NCBI GenBank assembly: GCA_025839675.1
Contig: CP104013.1
Location: forward strand, 4,260,001 to 4,292,000
Source: Candidatus Lokiarchaeum ossiferum
Lineage (GTDB): Archaea; Asgardarchaeota; Lokiarchaeia; Sigyniarchaeales; Promethearchaeaceae
Direction of reading: 5' to 3'
Length of the DNA stretch: 32,000 nt
Position numbers and translations under genes: made by a program. Under the pieces are notes generated by a model that worked only from the letters and a program-made list of their open reading frames with translations, searched no databases and was not told the origin of the DNA. Positions 1 to 8,473 of the stretch are shown piece after piece (position 1 is the stretch's first letter; each line of letters begins with the position of its first letter).

Positions 1-995
1 CCTTCTTTAACTAAACGTGTGATTAAATTCTTAAGCTCGTGACCCGAAATCTTCAATTTTGTGCATAATTCATTCCGTTGCATAAGTGGTTCATTTTGAA
101 GAAATTCAATCAAATTAGCTTCCCTAGGGGGAATGAAGTTGATTTGTTGCTCAATAGGATTTAGATGGAGACTTTTTTGAATTTGTTTAATTATACCTGG
201 TGCATGATAGAATCCAGAAATGAGATCTATCCCATGTTCTATAGATGGGTTTTTATTTTTCGCTATGAAATAGGGATAATTTACCAATATTTTTCCATCG
301 ATTAACATTTGACCTACCCGTGTATAAGCATCATTGATTGATATAGCTTCATATGTTCTGTATTGTCTTCTATTTATTTGGATATTGCATTTTTGAATGA
401 AGGGTGATATCGTTTTTATATAGTCTGATAGTTCTTCAAAATCACGATTAGAATACTGTATTTCGATTGAAATTCCTCTACTATATGCTTTAATAATACC
501 AATTTTCAATCGTTTGAATATGAATGGGGGTGTCGCAATAAAAATGACTGATTTTTGACAGTCTTTTATGAATTTATCTTCGATTATCTTAATTCCCATC
601 TCGATTGAAGAGAAGTGAAATTGGTTTGTTTGAATCGTACATAAACCGAAATGTGAAGTTGTTCGGGCATAATCCTCATTTAATATTTTTTCCAAATGGT
701 TCAATTTTTCAAGTTTAACTTGTCGATAGCGTTCCAATATAATTGATGGGTTTATAGGAGTAAATTTTTTTTCTAAACCTTGTTGAATTTCAATGATTTC
801 CTTTTTCTTTAGTTTTTTTAGAATGTAATAGATTTGATTATAGGAGATATTGAGTTGATCTTTAATTTTGAGTAATAAATCTTTTGTAGTTGCCCTTCCC
901 AATTTTAGCAAAGCCATATAGACTACAACCATCTCATGATCAAAACCATTTTCATATAGAGGTTCCAGTTGTTTTTGTAGTTTGGTCATCGTCAT
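1..995 (-). CDS. TrmB-like winged-helix transcriptional regulator (partial; C-terminus runs off the window edge)
   Basis: Absent from the ORF track because it has no stop in the window. My reverse-complement translation from ATG 995..993 reads MTMTKLQKQLEPLYENGFDHEMVVVYMALLKLGRATTKDLLLKIKDQLNISYNQIYYILKKLKKKEIIEI, an N-terminal wHTH of TrmB type. It stays open to base 1, and I spot-checked two internal segments for frame. A second HTH-like stretch (NELCTKLKISGHELKNLITRLVKEG) lies at the edge. Confidence 0.55.
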   Translation of the reverse strand, partial: MTMTKLQKQLEPLYENGFDHEMVVVYMALLKLGRATTKDLLLKIKDQLNISYNQIYYILKKLKKKEIIEIQQGLEKKFTPINPSIILERYRQVKLEKLNHLEKILNEDYARTTSHFGLCTIQTNQFHFSSIEMGIKIIEDKFIKDCQKSVIFIATPPFIFKRLKIGIIKAYSRGISIEIQYSNRDFEELSDYIKTISPFIQKCNIQINRRQYRTYEAISINDAYTRVGQMLIDGKILVNYPYFIAKNKNPSIEHGIDLISGFYHAPGIIKQIQKSLHLNPIEQQINFIPPREANLIEFLQNEPLMQRNELCTKLKISGHELKNLITRLVKE

Positions 996-1117
996 ATATT
1001 TAATCTCTCAAATTATCATATCGATTTTATGACTAAGTAATATTCATACTTGAAAGAAGGAATATTTAACTTTTTTCAGTGTCATAATCTAATTAACCTC
1101 ATTTATGGTGATGAAAC

Positions 1118-1246
1118 ATGACTGAATGTCGAGAATGTAAATTTTATAAACCTATTGATGAGACCAAAGGTGACTGCTTTGGTCATGAAGTTCCTGCAGC
1201 AATGAATGTTGATCAATGCCCATCTAAGGCTTTTCAAGCAAGATAG
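1118..1246 (+). CDS. small (42 aa) four-cysteine protein, probable metal-binding; function unknown
   Basis: Below the ORF-track size cutoff. ATG 1118 to TAG 1244-1246 gives MTECRECKFYKPIDETKGDCFGHEVPAAMNVDQCPSKAFQAR, with pattern CxxC-x12-C-x13-C. It is divergent from the regulator at 1..995 and upstream of the caspase-like gene. Its composition is not AT-skewed, unlike the surrounding spacer. Confidence 0.45.
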   Translation: MTECRECKFYKPIDETKGDCFGHEVPAAMNVDQCPSKAFQAR

Positions 1247-1528
1247 TTGTTTTTTTTTAAATTAATTTCTCTTCTTTTTTTTCAATCTGATCTGATATAT
1301 GATTTCAATTAAAAAATTGAACATTTTTAATACATTAAACTAATAGCAAGAAATTCTGGAAGTAAAGAAGTTGAATCTTGAATTTGGGTTTGTTTTTTCA
1401 AATTTTTTATTTTGATAAATTGAGAAACGGTTCATTAATTCACAATACTTATATATTACTTGAATAAAAGTAACATTAACGAATTGAATGATATTTTATC
1501 TATCATTTTTTTCGTTAAGGTGTTATAA

Positions 1529-2335
1529 ATGAAAAAAAATCATTTTCTGGTTGGGTTAATGGCTCTTTTGATTGTCATCCCCCTTACATTTGTAGTAGCT
1601 TCTGCAGAAACCAATACGCGTAGTGTTATGCGTCCTGGTGGTGGCGGTGGCGGTGGTGGTAATACTTATGTCCCACCTCCCTTACCTACTGGTGGAGCTC
1701 CACTAACAGGTCAAAAATATGCATTAGTTATAGGAATTAGTGATTATGATGGTGATTCAAGTGATTTGACCTATTGTGATGATGATGCTTATGATTGGCG
1801 TGATTATCTTGAATCCATTGGTTATCAAGTGACTCTACTCATTGATGAACAAGCAACTGAAGCAGGCATCCTTGCTGCACTACAGAATCTTGCAGATCTT
1901 GAAGATGAAGCTGGCGATGCAGTCGCTATTTGCTATTCTGGTCATGGTTCTTATTCTCGAACAACTGGAGAATCATGTTTAGTCGCATGGGAATTAGCTG
2001 GTGTTTATGTTTCTGAAATCAAACCAATCACCGATACATTCCAAAGTGAACATGTTTTCTTCTTTGATGATGCTTGTGTTCAAGGAACAATGGTCGAACT
2101 ATTAAATGCTGGGTGGGTTGGTGCTATTGGATCCACAACAAAAACTTATACCTACGATGGAGATTCAACTATGCAAAATGGAATCTTTACTTATTATGCT
2201 ATGGAAGCAATCAATCTAGGTTATACCACAGGTGAAGCAATAGGAAATTATGCAGTTAATATGTTTGATGCTAATACTCAGGGTGATGCAACCTTGTATG
2301 ACGCATACACCATCGGTGATTTAAATTTAGCATAA
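1529..2335 (+). CDS. secreted caspase-fold (clan CD, peptidase C14-like) protease
   Basis: N-terminal signal peptide (MKKNHFLVGLMALLIVIPLTFVVASA), then a Gly8 run and Pro-rich linker (GGGGGGGGNTYVPPPLP). The caspase-domain pattern follows: KYALVIGISDY, catalytic-His motif ICYSGHG (H139), catalytic-Cys motif FFFDDACVQG (C183), and a trailing NGIFTYYAMEAI. An AAGGTG RBS lies 6 nt upstream. Confidence 0.7.
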   Translation: MKKNHFLVGLMALLIVIPLTFVVASAETNTRSVMRPGGGGGGGGNTYVPPPLPTGGAPLTGQKYALVIGISDYDGDSSDLTYCDDDAYDWRDYLESIGYQVTLLIDEQATEAGILAALQNLADLEDEAGDAVAICYSGHGSYSRTTGESCLVAWELAGVYVSEIKPITDTFQSEHVFFFDDACVQGTMVELLNAGWVGAIGSTTKTYTYDGDSTMQNGIFTYYAMEAINLGYTTGEAIGNYAVNMFDANTQGDATLYDAYTIGDLNLA

Positions 2336-2404
2336 GAAATTGAATTGTCCACACAAATTTAAGTATAATAATCAAACCGCAATTATTCCCTCAATAGTTG
2401 TAAT

Positions 2405-2426
2405 GGGGTGAAAACCCCTTTTTTTT
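2405..2426 (+). terminator. hairpin plus oligo-T termination signal between convergent genes
   Basis: GGGGT-GAAA-ACCCC stem-loop (2405-2418) followed directly by T8 (2419-2426). It sits 70 nt after the stop of the caspase-like gene. Oligo-T tracts are the established archaeal termination signal. Confidence 0.5.
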
Positions 2427-2539
2427 CTCTTTCTATCCATATATGTATTATTTCTCGAATTTATTATCGATTAACTATAATTTTATCTGACTCGAGGTAA
2501 ACAACAGACAGATTTAGAAAAAAGAGATAAAAAAACAAT

Positions 2540-4207
2540 TTACAGGAGAGTTGGGCTAAATTTTTCCAGATCCGCTCGTAATTCTGGAAATTTTTCCATA
2601 GCAGTTTTTAGATCCACTGGTTTTGGAGCAGTTTCGGGGTGATTTTCTGTCAAGAAGTACGGTCGTTCATCAGGATCAACTACAATTTTTGAATCTGCAG
2701 TTAAAGTTTTTAACCAATTTCCATATATTTCATTATCCCACCTTCTGAAGGCGAGCAAAGTTTCGAAATATTTGCCCATTGCAACTTGTGGGGAATCTCC
2801 CGCTGAAATGGAGTCTCGAGCTTGTACCATCGATCGGGAGCCTCCAATTGTGCCTAAGGGGTGTGAATGGGTACCTCCTCCCGCTTGGGCAATGAAATCT
2901 AAATTTGGTGTATCTCCAATTGGGTTCATTATGGTTGCTACATCCCATAAGACAGTCGCTTTTAATCCCCCTGAACAAATTGGTCGCATAGTTTTAATAT
3001 TCCCTAAAGGTCGCAAACAAGTTTCCAAGTTTTCTAAAACCGTATGATAAGAAGATTCCATTTTTCCCTTGGGTGCTCCAATGTGAAACTGATCAATTCC
3101 TCCTAAGCGTGCAATTAAAGCCCAGACTTTCATGGAAATACCATGTCTTAAATCGATTCGTTCACCGTCTATAATTAATTCTGGAAAGATCGTTTGAGCT
3201 CCATGTCCTGCTCGATGACCATGTAAAATCATTTCAGGGTATTTTTTTCGAATGGTTTGGACTCCTGTCATTCCTGTTGCGAGAATATCTAACATTAAAC
3301 AATTACCTCCTAATGATTTAATTAGATCTGCTCGTTTTATCATTTCATCCATATCACCATGAGTAATATTGGCGACATACACGAGATTTCTTCCTGTTTT
3401 TTCGTGTATTTCATTGATTCCTTTCATCACCAATTTAGCGCGTTCTTCAAACGTGCAATAATCTTGTGAAGTGAGGTTTTCATCATCTTTTACAACATCC
3501 AATCCTCCATAAAAAGATCGTGTTGATGTTTTGGCCCAATCCGCCTCGCTAAGGCCTGTTTTTGGTTTAACTATGGTACCAACTGTAATTTTATTCCCCA
3601 ATATTTTCTTTATTCCTTCGTTTCCAATCGTGGGTCCAATAAAGGAGTTTGCAAAATCATCTGGAATATCTATGTCCTCAAGCCGAACACCCCAAGCAGC
3701 ACTGGCCATTCCGGTATAGTTTCCCATTACTACGCTTAAAATTTGAGGGAGGTTTCCTTTTTCAAATCCTTCTTTGGGAAGTGCTACTGCCGCCATACCA
3801 TTTTTAGCATTCAATCCTATGACTTTCGCTTCTAAAATTTTCATATTGGCTTTGGAATTCTCATCCATTTCTTCGGGTAAGAGTGTTTTTAATTCTGGAT
3901 CCCATGTACCGGTACTTTCTTCAGCAGCAATTTCCAAAGCTGCGCGAAGTAATCCATATTCTACAGACCATCCCTTTCGAAGTTTTGGACTAATCGATAC
4001 ATACATAATGATGCAAGATTTACGAAAATCTTCAAAATTAAAGGGAATTTCTGGGTCCAATAAATAGGGTCCCAATCTAACTCGCATTTTTTCATCGATC
4101 AATTCAATTTTTGGAGTTGCTAATCCATAGGCTTCATATAAGTCGCATGTAATTATTGGTAGTTCAACCTTTTCTGGAAAAACTACCCAATTTTCTATTT
4201 TTACCAT
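2540..4207 (-). CDS. rbcL: ribulose-1,5-bisphosphate carboxylase/oxygenase large subunit, form III-like, unusually long (555 aa)
   Basis: RuBisCO motifs by eye: AAEESTGTW, VMGNYTG, VKPKTGLS (K175 equivalent), GGLDVVKDDENLTSQ (K201/D203/E204 equivalents), LHGHRAGHGA (H294/R295/H298), FHIGAPKGKMES (H327/K334), PICSGGL (S379), AGGGTHSHPLG (G403/G404). Confidence 0.85.
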   Translation of the reverse strand: MVKIENWVVFPEKVELPIITCDLYEAYGLATPKIELIDEKMRVRLGPYLLDPEIPFNFEDFRKSCIIMYVSISPKLRKGWSVEYGLLRAALEIAAEESTGTWDPELKTLLPEEMDENSKANMKILEAKVIGLNAKNGMAAVALPKEGFEKGNLPQILSVVMGNYTGMASAAWGVRLEDIDIPDDFANSFIGPTIGNEGIKKILGNKITVGTIVKPKTGLSEADWAKTSTRSFYGGLDVVKDDENLTSQDYCTFEERAKLVMKGINEIHEKTGRNLVYVANITHGDMDEMIKRADLIKSLGGNCLMLDILATGMTGVQTIRKKYPEMILHGHRAGHGAQTIFPELIIDGERIDLRHGISMKVWALIARLGGIDQFHIGAPKGKMESSYHTVLENLETCLRPLGNIKTMRPICSGGLKATVLWDVATIMNPIGDTPNLDFIAQAGGGTHSHPLGTIGGSRSMVQARDSISAGDSPQVAMGKYFETLLAFRRWDNEIYGNWLKTLTADSKIVVDPDERPYFLTENHPETAPKPVDLKTAMEKFPELRADLEKFSPTLL

Positions 4208-4257
4208 TTTTCAACCTCGTGAAAGTTACATAAATTACAATTTAAAAAAGTGTTTTT

Positions 4258-5247
4258 TTAAAAATCATCACATTCGTCTTGATGTTCAACTAAATGATAC
4301 GCTTCATGCAGAAAAGGATAAACTAACTGGAAATTATTGTGGACTTGGCCACTTGGAAAAATTCCTGCTTCCGAAATTACGCCTGAAATATAAAGTCGGT
4401 TAACCGTTTCAAAAGCTGGATTAAGAATGTGAATGTTTTCGGGCTTTTGTTCCCAATCTTTCCATATTTCGACGGTGTCTCTCATTTCAATTTTTTCATA
4501 ATTACCGAAGGCGGTATCTGGATTATATTTTAACAATGGAGTTGCAATATAGAATGGGATGTGTTCTTCCTTTGCCACTAAAGCCAAGAGCCGGCTTCCA
4601 ATTTTATTCAAAACAGTTCCTTCACTCGTCACTGCGTCAGCTCCAATAATCATCAGATCTGTCCCCATATTATTCGCAGCCCAGCGCATGGCACTATCAA
4701 CTACTTGGATGACTTCAATTCCTGCATTGCTTAATTTTTTCGATGTAATTCGCCCTTGGTAAAAAGGTCTTGTTTCAGTTGAGATAACTTTGAAATTCTT
4801 ACCTTGTCGATGAGCTTCAATTAATATAGCTTCCACTATTGAACTGTGACAGTGAGTTTGTACTACGTAAGGTTCATCTAAATTATCTGGAATGAGACGG
4901 GCCCCATACTTGGCAATCCTTCTTTTAGCTACCTTTAGGATTTTTTCATATTCGCTGCCATAAATTTCGACCATTTTCGCCATATCGTAATCAATCCCTT
5001 GCTCATAATCATGGCGAAGTTTTCCTAAGATATACATTAATCCATTTCGCATTGCGGGTTCTGTTGACCGACTTTTTGCAAAAATTTCCTCAGCTTTCAC
5101 TAAATAGTTCCATAGGTCGGGTTTAGAAAGGTGAGCATTTCTCTGGGCAAATTGAACCATTTGATTTACTGCAAAAAGGGCAATGTTGGTAGCACCTTGC
5201 ACTTCTAATGCTCTTATCTTACTGGCTGCTTTTTTTAATTCTTTCAT
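4258..5247 (-). CDS. e2b2: ribose-1,5-bisphosphate isomerase (eIF-2B alpha/beta/delta-like family)
   Basis: eIF-2B-like family motifs VQTHCHSSIVEA and IIGADAVTSEGTVLNKIGS carry the Cys and Asp used by characterised R15P isomerase. At 329 aa it is similar in size to the Thermococcus enzyme. It lies 50 nt upstream of and co-oriented with rbcL, the classic AMP-salvage pairing. An MtnA or aIF-2B paralogue cannot be fully excluded. Confidence 0.65.
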   Translation of the reverse strand: MKELKKAASKIRALEVQGATNIALFAVNQMVQFAQRNAHLSKPDLWNYLVKAEEIFAKSRSTEPAMRNGLMYILGKLRHDYEQGIDYDMAKMVEIYGSEYEKILKVAKRRIAKYGARLIPDNLDEPYVVQTHCHSSIVEAILIEAHRQGKNFKVISTETRPFYQGRITSKKLSNAGIEVIQVVDSAMRWAANNMGTDLMIIGADAVTSEGTVLNKIGSRLLALVAKEEHIPFYIATPLLKYNPDTAFGNYEKIEMRDTVEIWKDWEQKPENIHILNPAFETVNRLYISGVISEAGIFPSGQVHNNFQLVYPFLHEAYHLVEHQDECDDF

Positions 5248-5550
5248 TTCAATCTCCTAATTGTACTAGTTAAGTCTCTTACAAAGTGTTGGAGATGCAT
5301 CCCTATATATTTTCTGTAAGACAAATCTTTGTTTATAAAATATCTCACGAAGGTAGTTGGGATGGGTGACTATCTAAAATTCCCCGATTGTCATCATGTT
5401 CTCGCGATTATGAATGTCTCATGTAACCGAGATTGAATTTCTTATTTTTCTTGCAATTGGTATATTATTTCTAAGAATTCAAAATTTATGACAAGATTGT
5501 GATATTTTTTCGAGTATTTATTAAGATCTGACCGACTTCTTTACATATTA

Positions 5551-6924
5551 ATGTCAAATCAAACAGCATTTCACAATTTAGGATTAAATGCCATTTTACA
5601 ACGTGCAGTTCGAGAATCTGGATACTTAAAACCGACTCCGATTCAATCCCAAACAATTCCGCCACTTTTAGCGGGGAGAGATCTCGTAGGTTGTGCACAA
5701 ACAGGTACGGGGAAGACGGCCGCATTTGCCCTTCCAATTTTACAATTATTAGCAATTAAGATGCAAGAAAAATCTTCTCCAAAATCCAAACTCAATTCAC
5801 ACTCGAAAAAGAACATTCGTGTCTTAGTTTTATCACCAACCCGGGAATTAGCTATTCAAATTGGTGACTCATTCAGCAAGTACGGCCGATTCAATAAAAA
5901 AATCACTAACACCGTAATTTTCGGCGGTGTTAAGCAGAATAAACAAGTTAAAACTCTTAAATCTGGAGTTGATATTCTTGTTGCTACACCCGGACGCCTT
6001 TTGGATTTAATTGGGCAAGATATAATTTCCCTTCATCATATTGAAATATTAGTTTTCGATGAAGCAGATCGTATGTTGGATATGGGCTTTATTCATGATG
6101 TTCGAAAGATCATGAAAAATATTTCTGGTGTGCACCAAACCATGTTATTTTCTGCTACAATGCCAAAGCAAATAGTTCAATTAGCAAAGGACTTTCTTCA
6201 AAACCCAGTAAAGGTCTCGGTGACCCCAAATCAACCGACTGTCGAAAAAATTGATCAAACTGTTCATTTTGTGCCAAAAAGCGAAAAGCAAGCATTACTT
6301 TTATCCATCGTAACCAATCCGAAAGTGATCCGAGCTCTGGTTTTTTCCCGAACAAAGCACGGTGCGAATAAAATTGTAAAGAAACTAATACAAGCAGGAG
6401 TAGGAGCAGAGCCAATCCATGGAAATAAATCACAAAATGCTCGGCAAAAAGCCTTGAAAAATTTTCGAGATGGGACAACACGAATACTTGTCGCGACTGA
6501 TGTCGCTGCACGTGGGATTGATGTTGAAAATATTTCTCATGTAATACAATTTGACTTACCGGATGTTTCCGAAACATATGTTCATCGCATCGGAAGGACT
6601 GCTCGCGCAGGAGCAGGCGGTATTGCGATTGCTTTTTGTGCTTCTGATGAGCGTCCCTTACTCCGTGATATCGAAAAATTAATTCGAATGAAAATCCCCG
6701 ATGCCACGAATTCGAGACCAAGAAGTAAACAAAAGTTGAACACACTACCACAAAAAAATCAATCCATACTTACCAACTCAAAAAAAAGAGTAAATCAATC
6801 ATACCAGAAGAACCAATTAAAATCAGTAAAACCTCCGTTTAAGTGCCCACAATGTTCTCGGTTATTCAGTTCTAAAGCTGGTGTCTCTCAGCATATCAAA
6901 GCTAAGCATAATCCCCTTTCTTAG
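5551..6924 (+). CDS. DEAD-box ATP-dependent RNA helicase with C-terminal basic tail and C2H2 zinc finger
   Basis: Q-motif region plus AQTGTGKT (I), PTRELA (Ia), TPGRL, DEAD (II), SAT (III), ARGID (V), HRIGRTARAG (VI). The C-terminus carries FKCPQCSRLFSSKAGVSQHIKAKH. Confidence 0.9.
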   Translation: MSNQTAFHNLGLNAILQRAVRESGYLKPTPIQSQTIPPLLAGRDLVGCAQTGTGKTAAFALPILQLLAIKMQEKSSPKSKLNSHSKKNIRVLVLSPTRELAIQIGDSFSKYGRFNKKITNTVIFGGVKQNKQVKTLKSGVDILVATPGRLLDLIGQDIISLHHIEILVFDEADRMLDMGFIHDVRKIMKNISGVHQTMLFSATMPKQIVQLAKDFLQNPVKVSVTPNQPTVEKIDQTVHFVPKSEKQALLLSIVTNPKVIRALVFSRTKHGANKIVKKLIQAGVGAEPIHGNKSQNARQKALKNFRDGTTRILVATDVAARGIDVENISHVIQFDLPDVSETYVHRIGRTARAGAGGIAIAFCASDERPLLRDIEKLIRMKIPDATNSRPRSKQKLNTLPQKNQSILTNSKKRVNQSYQKNQLKSVKPPFKCPQCSRLFSSKAGVSQHIKAKHNPLS

Positions 6925-7088
6925 CATTTTTTACTTGCTTTTCAACAGATTTGATAAAAACTCTCAACTATTCTAAGAAGGAATGATTACAAAAATGACT
7001 ACTTTTATCCATATTTCTTCGGATAATACCATATAATAAGAAAAATGTAGGAAAAAGAAAAAGAAAAAGCAAATTTCGTGAAATTTAT

Positions 7089-7481
7089 CTATGCATTTAA
7101 AATACGTATCGCTAAATAAGCTGCATTCTTGGCATTATCAATTCCAACCGTTGCGACTGGTACACCTGGAGGCATTTGAACAATTGATAATAAAGCATCT
7201 AATCCTCCAAGTTTTGCACTCACCGGAACTCCGATTACTGGTTTTTGCGTTTTAGAAGCAACGACTCCAGGGAGTGCTGCAGATAAACCTGCGACACATA
7301 TATAGACCTTTGCATCGGATTGTTTGATATATGCATCCAATTCATCGGGATTTCGGTGAGCAGATAAAATTTTCAATTCAAATTCAATTTTTTCTTGGGT
7401 GAGCACATCTACGGCTTTATTATAGATTTTCTCATCAGATTTACTTCCTGCGATTATGACAACTGTTGGCATTTTAATCAC
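7089..7481 (-). CDS. purE: N5-carboxyaminoimidazole ribonucleotide mutase (PurE, class I-like), short form
   Basis: Motifs [25 protein letters not shown] and [18 protein letters not shown]. At 130 aa it lacks the usual C-terminal helix. Confidence 0.75.
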   Translation of the reverse strand: MIKMPTVVIIAGSKSDEKIYNKAVDVLTQEKIEFELKILSAHRNPDELDAYIKQSDAKVYICVAGLSAALPGVVASKTQKPVIGVPVSAKLGGLDALLSIVQMPPGVPVATVGIDNAKNAAYLAIRILNA

Positions 7482-7649
7482 AAAAGCAGAATTTTCGTTC
7501 CAATTTAAAAATAATTATAATTTCATAATATTTTCCCTCTATACTTTTTTGGCAAAAAAGCTTATTTATATCAGAGAAAAATTAAAGTACAACTAATCCT
7601 TATTTGATATGAAAGGTTCTAATGTAGGAATTTTTGTTTGGTGAAAATA

Positions 7650-8447
7650 ATGAGCTCGAATATACCGCAAGAAGTTTATGCAGCATTGAAAGAATTTGGC
7701 TTAACGGACTATGAAACCCGAGCCTTTATTGCCTTAATTACCAATGGCATATCCTCGGCCAAAGAATTATCGGATCGGACTAAAATTCCTTATAGTCGAA
7801 TTTACGATGTATTGGTAAATTTGGAAAATATTGGCTGGGTTAAAGTGATCAGCGGGCGTCCGATGAAATATAAAGCAGAACGCCCCGCATTTGTTGCAAA
7901 ATTAGCAAAGAAACAAATTGAAGCTAAATACTCCCGTATTGAAACCGCTCTTATTGAAAAACTCGAACCTTTGTATGGACAAGATGAACAAGTCGAATCC
8001 ACACCTATATGGATCCTGAACGGTAATGTTCAACAAAAAGTTATTGATATGGTAAAAGCTACCAATAAAACCCTTACGATCTTTCTGAAAAACCCAAATG
8101 AAGGGCTTCTTGCTGATATGTTTGAACATTTCTTATATTTAACCGAGAAAAAGGTCGATATTAATATTTTGGTTAATGAGAGTAATTTAAACGTAACAAA
8201 TAAAAACATTTGGCGAAAGATTGCATCGATTTCAAAGGTTCAGACCGTTAAAAATGTATTATTCGATGCTTTCTTATTTGATAATAATGAAATGTTAATT
8301 TTCTTAACAACCTTTTTCCGAATTTCTATTAAGGATGAGAACATGGTCTTTTTCATTCAAGAAAGCCGTTTGATCAATTATACAAAAACTTACTTCAAAA
8401 TGTTATGGTCAATGGGTGAGAAGTTTTTGTTAAAAAATTATTCTTAA
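7650..8447 (+). CDS. TrmB family transcriptional regulator
   Basis: N-terminal wHTH: LKEFGLTDYETRAFIALITNGISSAKELSDRTKIPYSRIYDVLVNLENIGWV. The track starts at TTG 7638. I prefer ATG 7650, which is preceded by GGTGA, but the start is uncertain by 12 nt. Confidence 0.7.
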   Translation: MSSNIPQEVYAALKEFGLTDYETRAFIALITNGISSAKELSDRTKIPYSRIYDVLVNLENIGWVKVISGRPMKYKAERPAFVAKLAKKQIEAKYSRIETALIEKLEPLYGQDEQVESTPIWILNGNVQQKVIDMVKATNKTLTIFLKNPNEGLLADMFEHFLYLTEKKVDINILVNESNLNVTNKNIWRKIASISKVQTVKNVLFDAFLFDNNEMLIFLTTFFRISIKDENMVFFIQESRLINYTKTYFKMLWSMGEKFLLKNYS

Positions 8448-8473
8448 TCTTGTTTTTGATATCTTATTGTTTT

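Noticed and set aside
1303-1321. AT-only inverted repeat TTCAATT-AAAA-AATTGAA and recurring ATTGAA words upstream of the caspase-like gene, a possible TrmB operator
   Set aside because: Such 7-bp AT-only stems are expected by chance at this base composition. The repeat does not resemble the known TrmB TGM motif (TATCAC-N5-GTGATA).
2733-4067. Several 60-100-aa ORFs (2733..2978, 2772..3047, 3531..3719, 3774..4067) overlapping the RuBisCO gene
   Set aside because: All are nested within the 555-aa RuBisCO frame, which carries the family motifs. None has independent support.
5486-5755. 89-aa minus-strand ORF spanning the helicase start
   Set aside because: It overlaps the helicase N-terminus and Q-motif region on the opposite strand, with no motif and no RBS context.
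6155-6751. 198-aa ORF antisense to the DEAD-box helicase gene
   Set aside because: It lies entirely inside, and opposite to, a CDS with all helicase motifs. Its translation has no motifs. Long shadow ORFs opposite well-conserved genes are a common artefact.
7089-7481. Considered whether the short PurE-like protein is actually LarB, the PurE-related partner of LarC
   Set aside because: It has the PurE-type GSKSD and SAHRNP motifs and lacks the N-terminal extension of about 100 aa found in LarB. It lies 16 kb from larC on the other strand.
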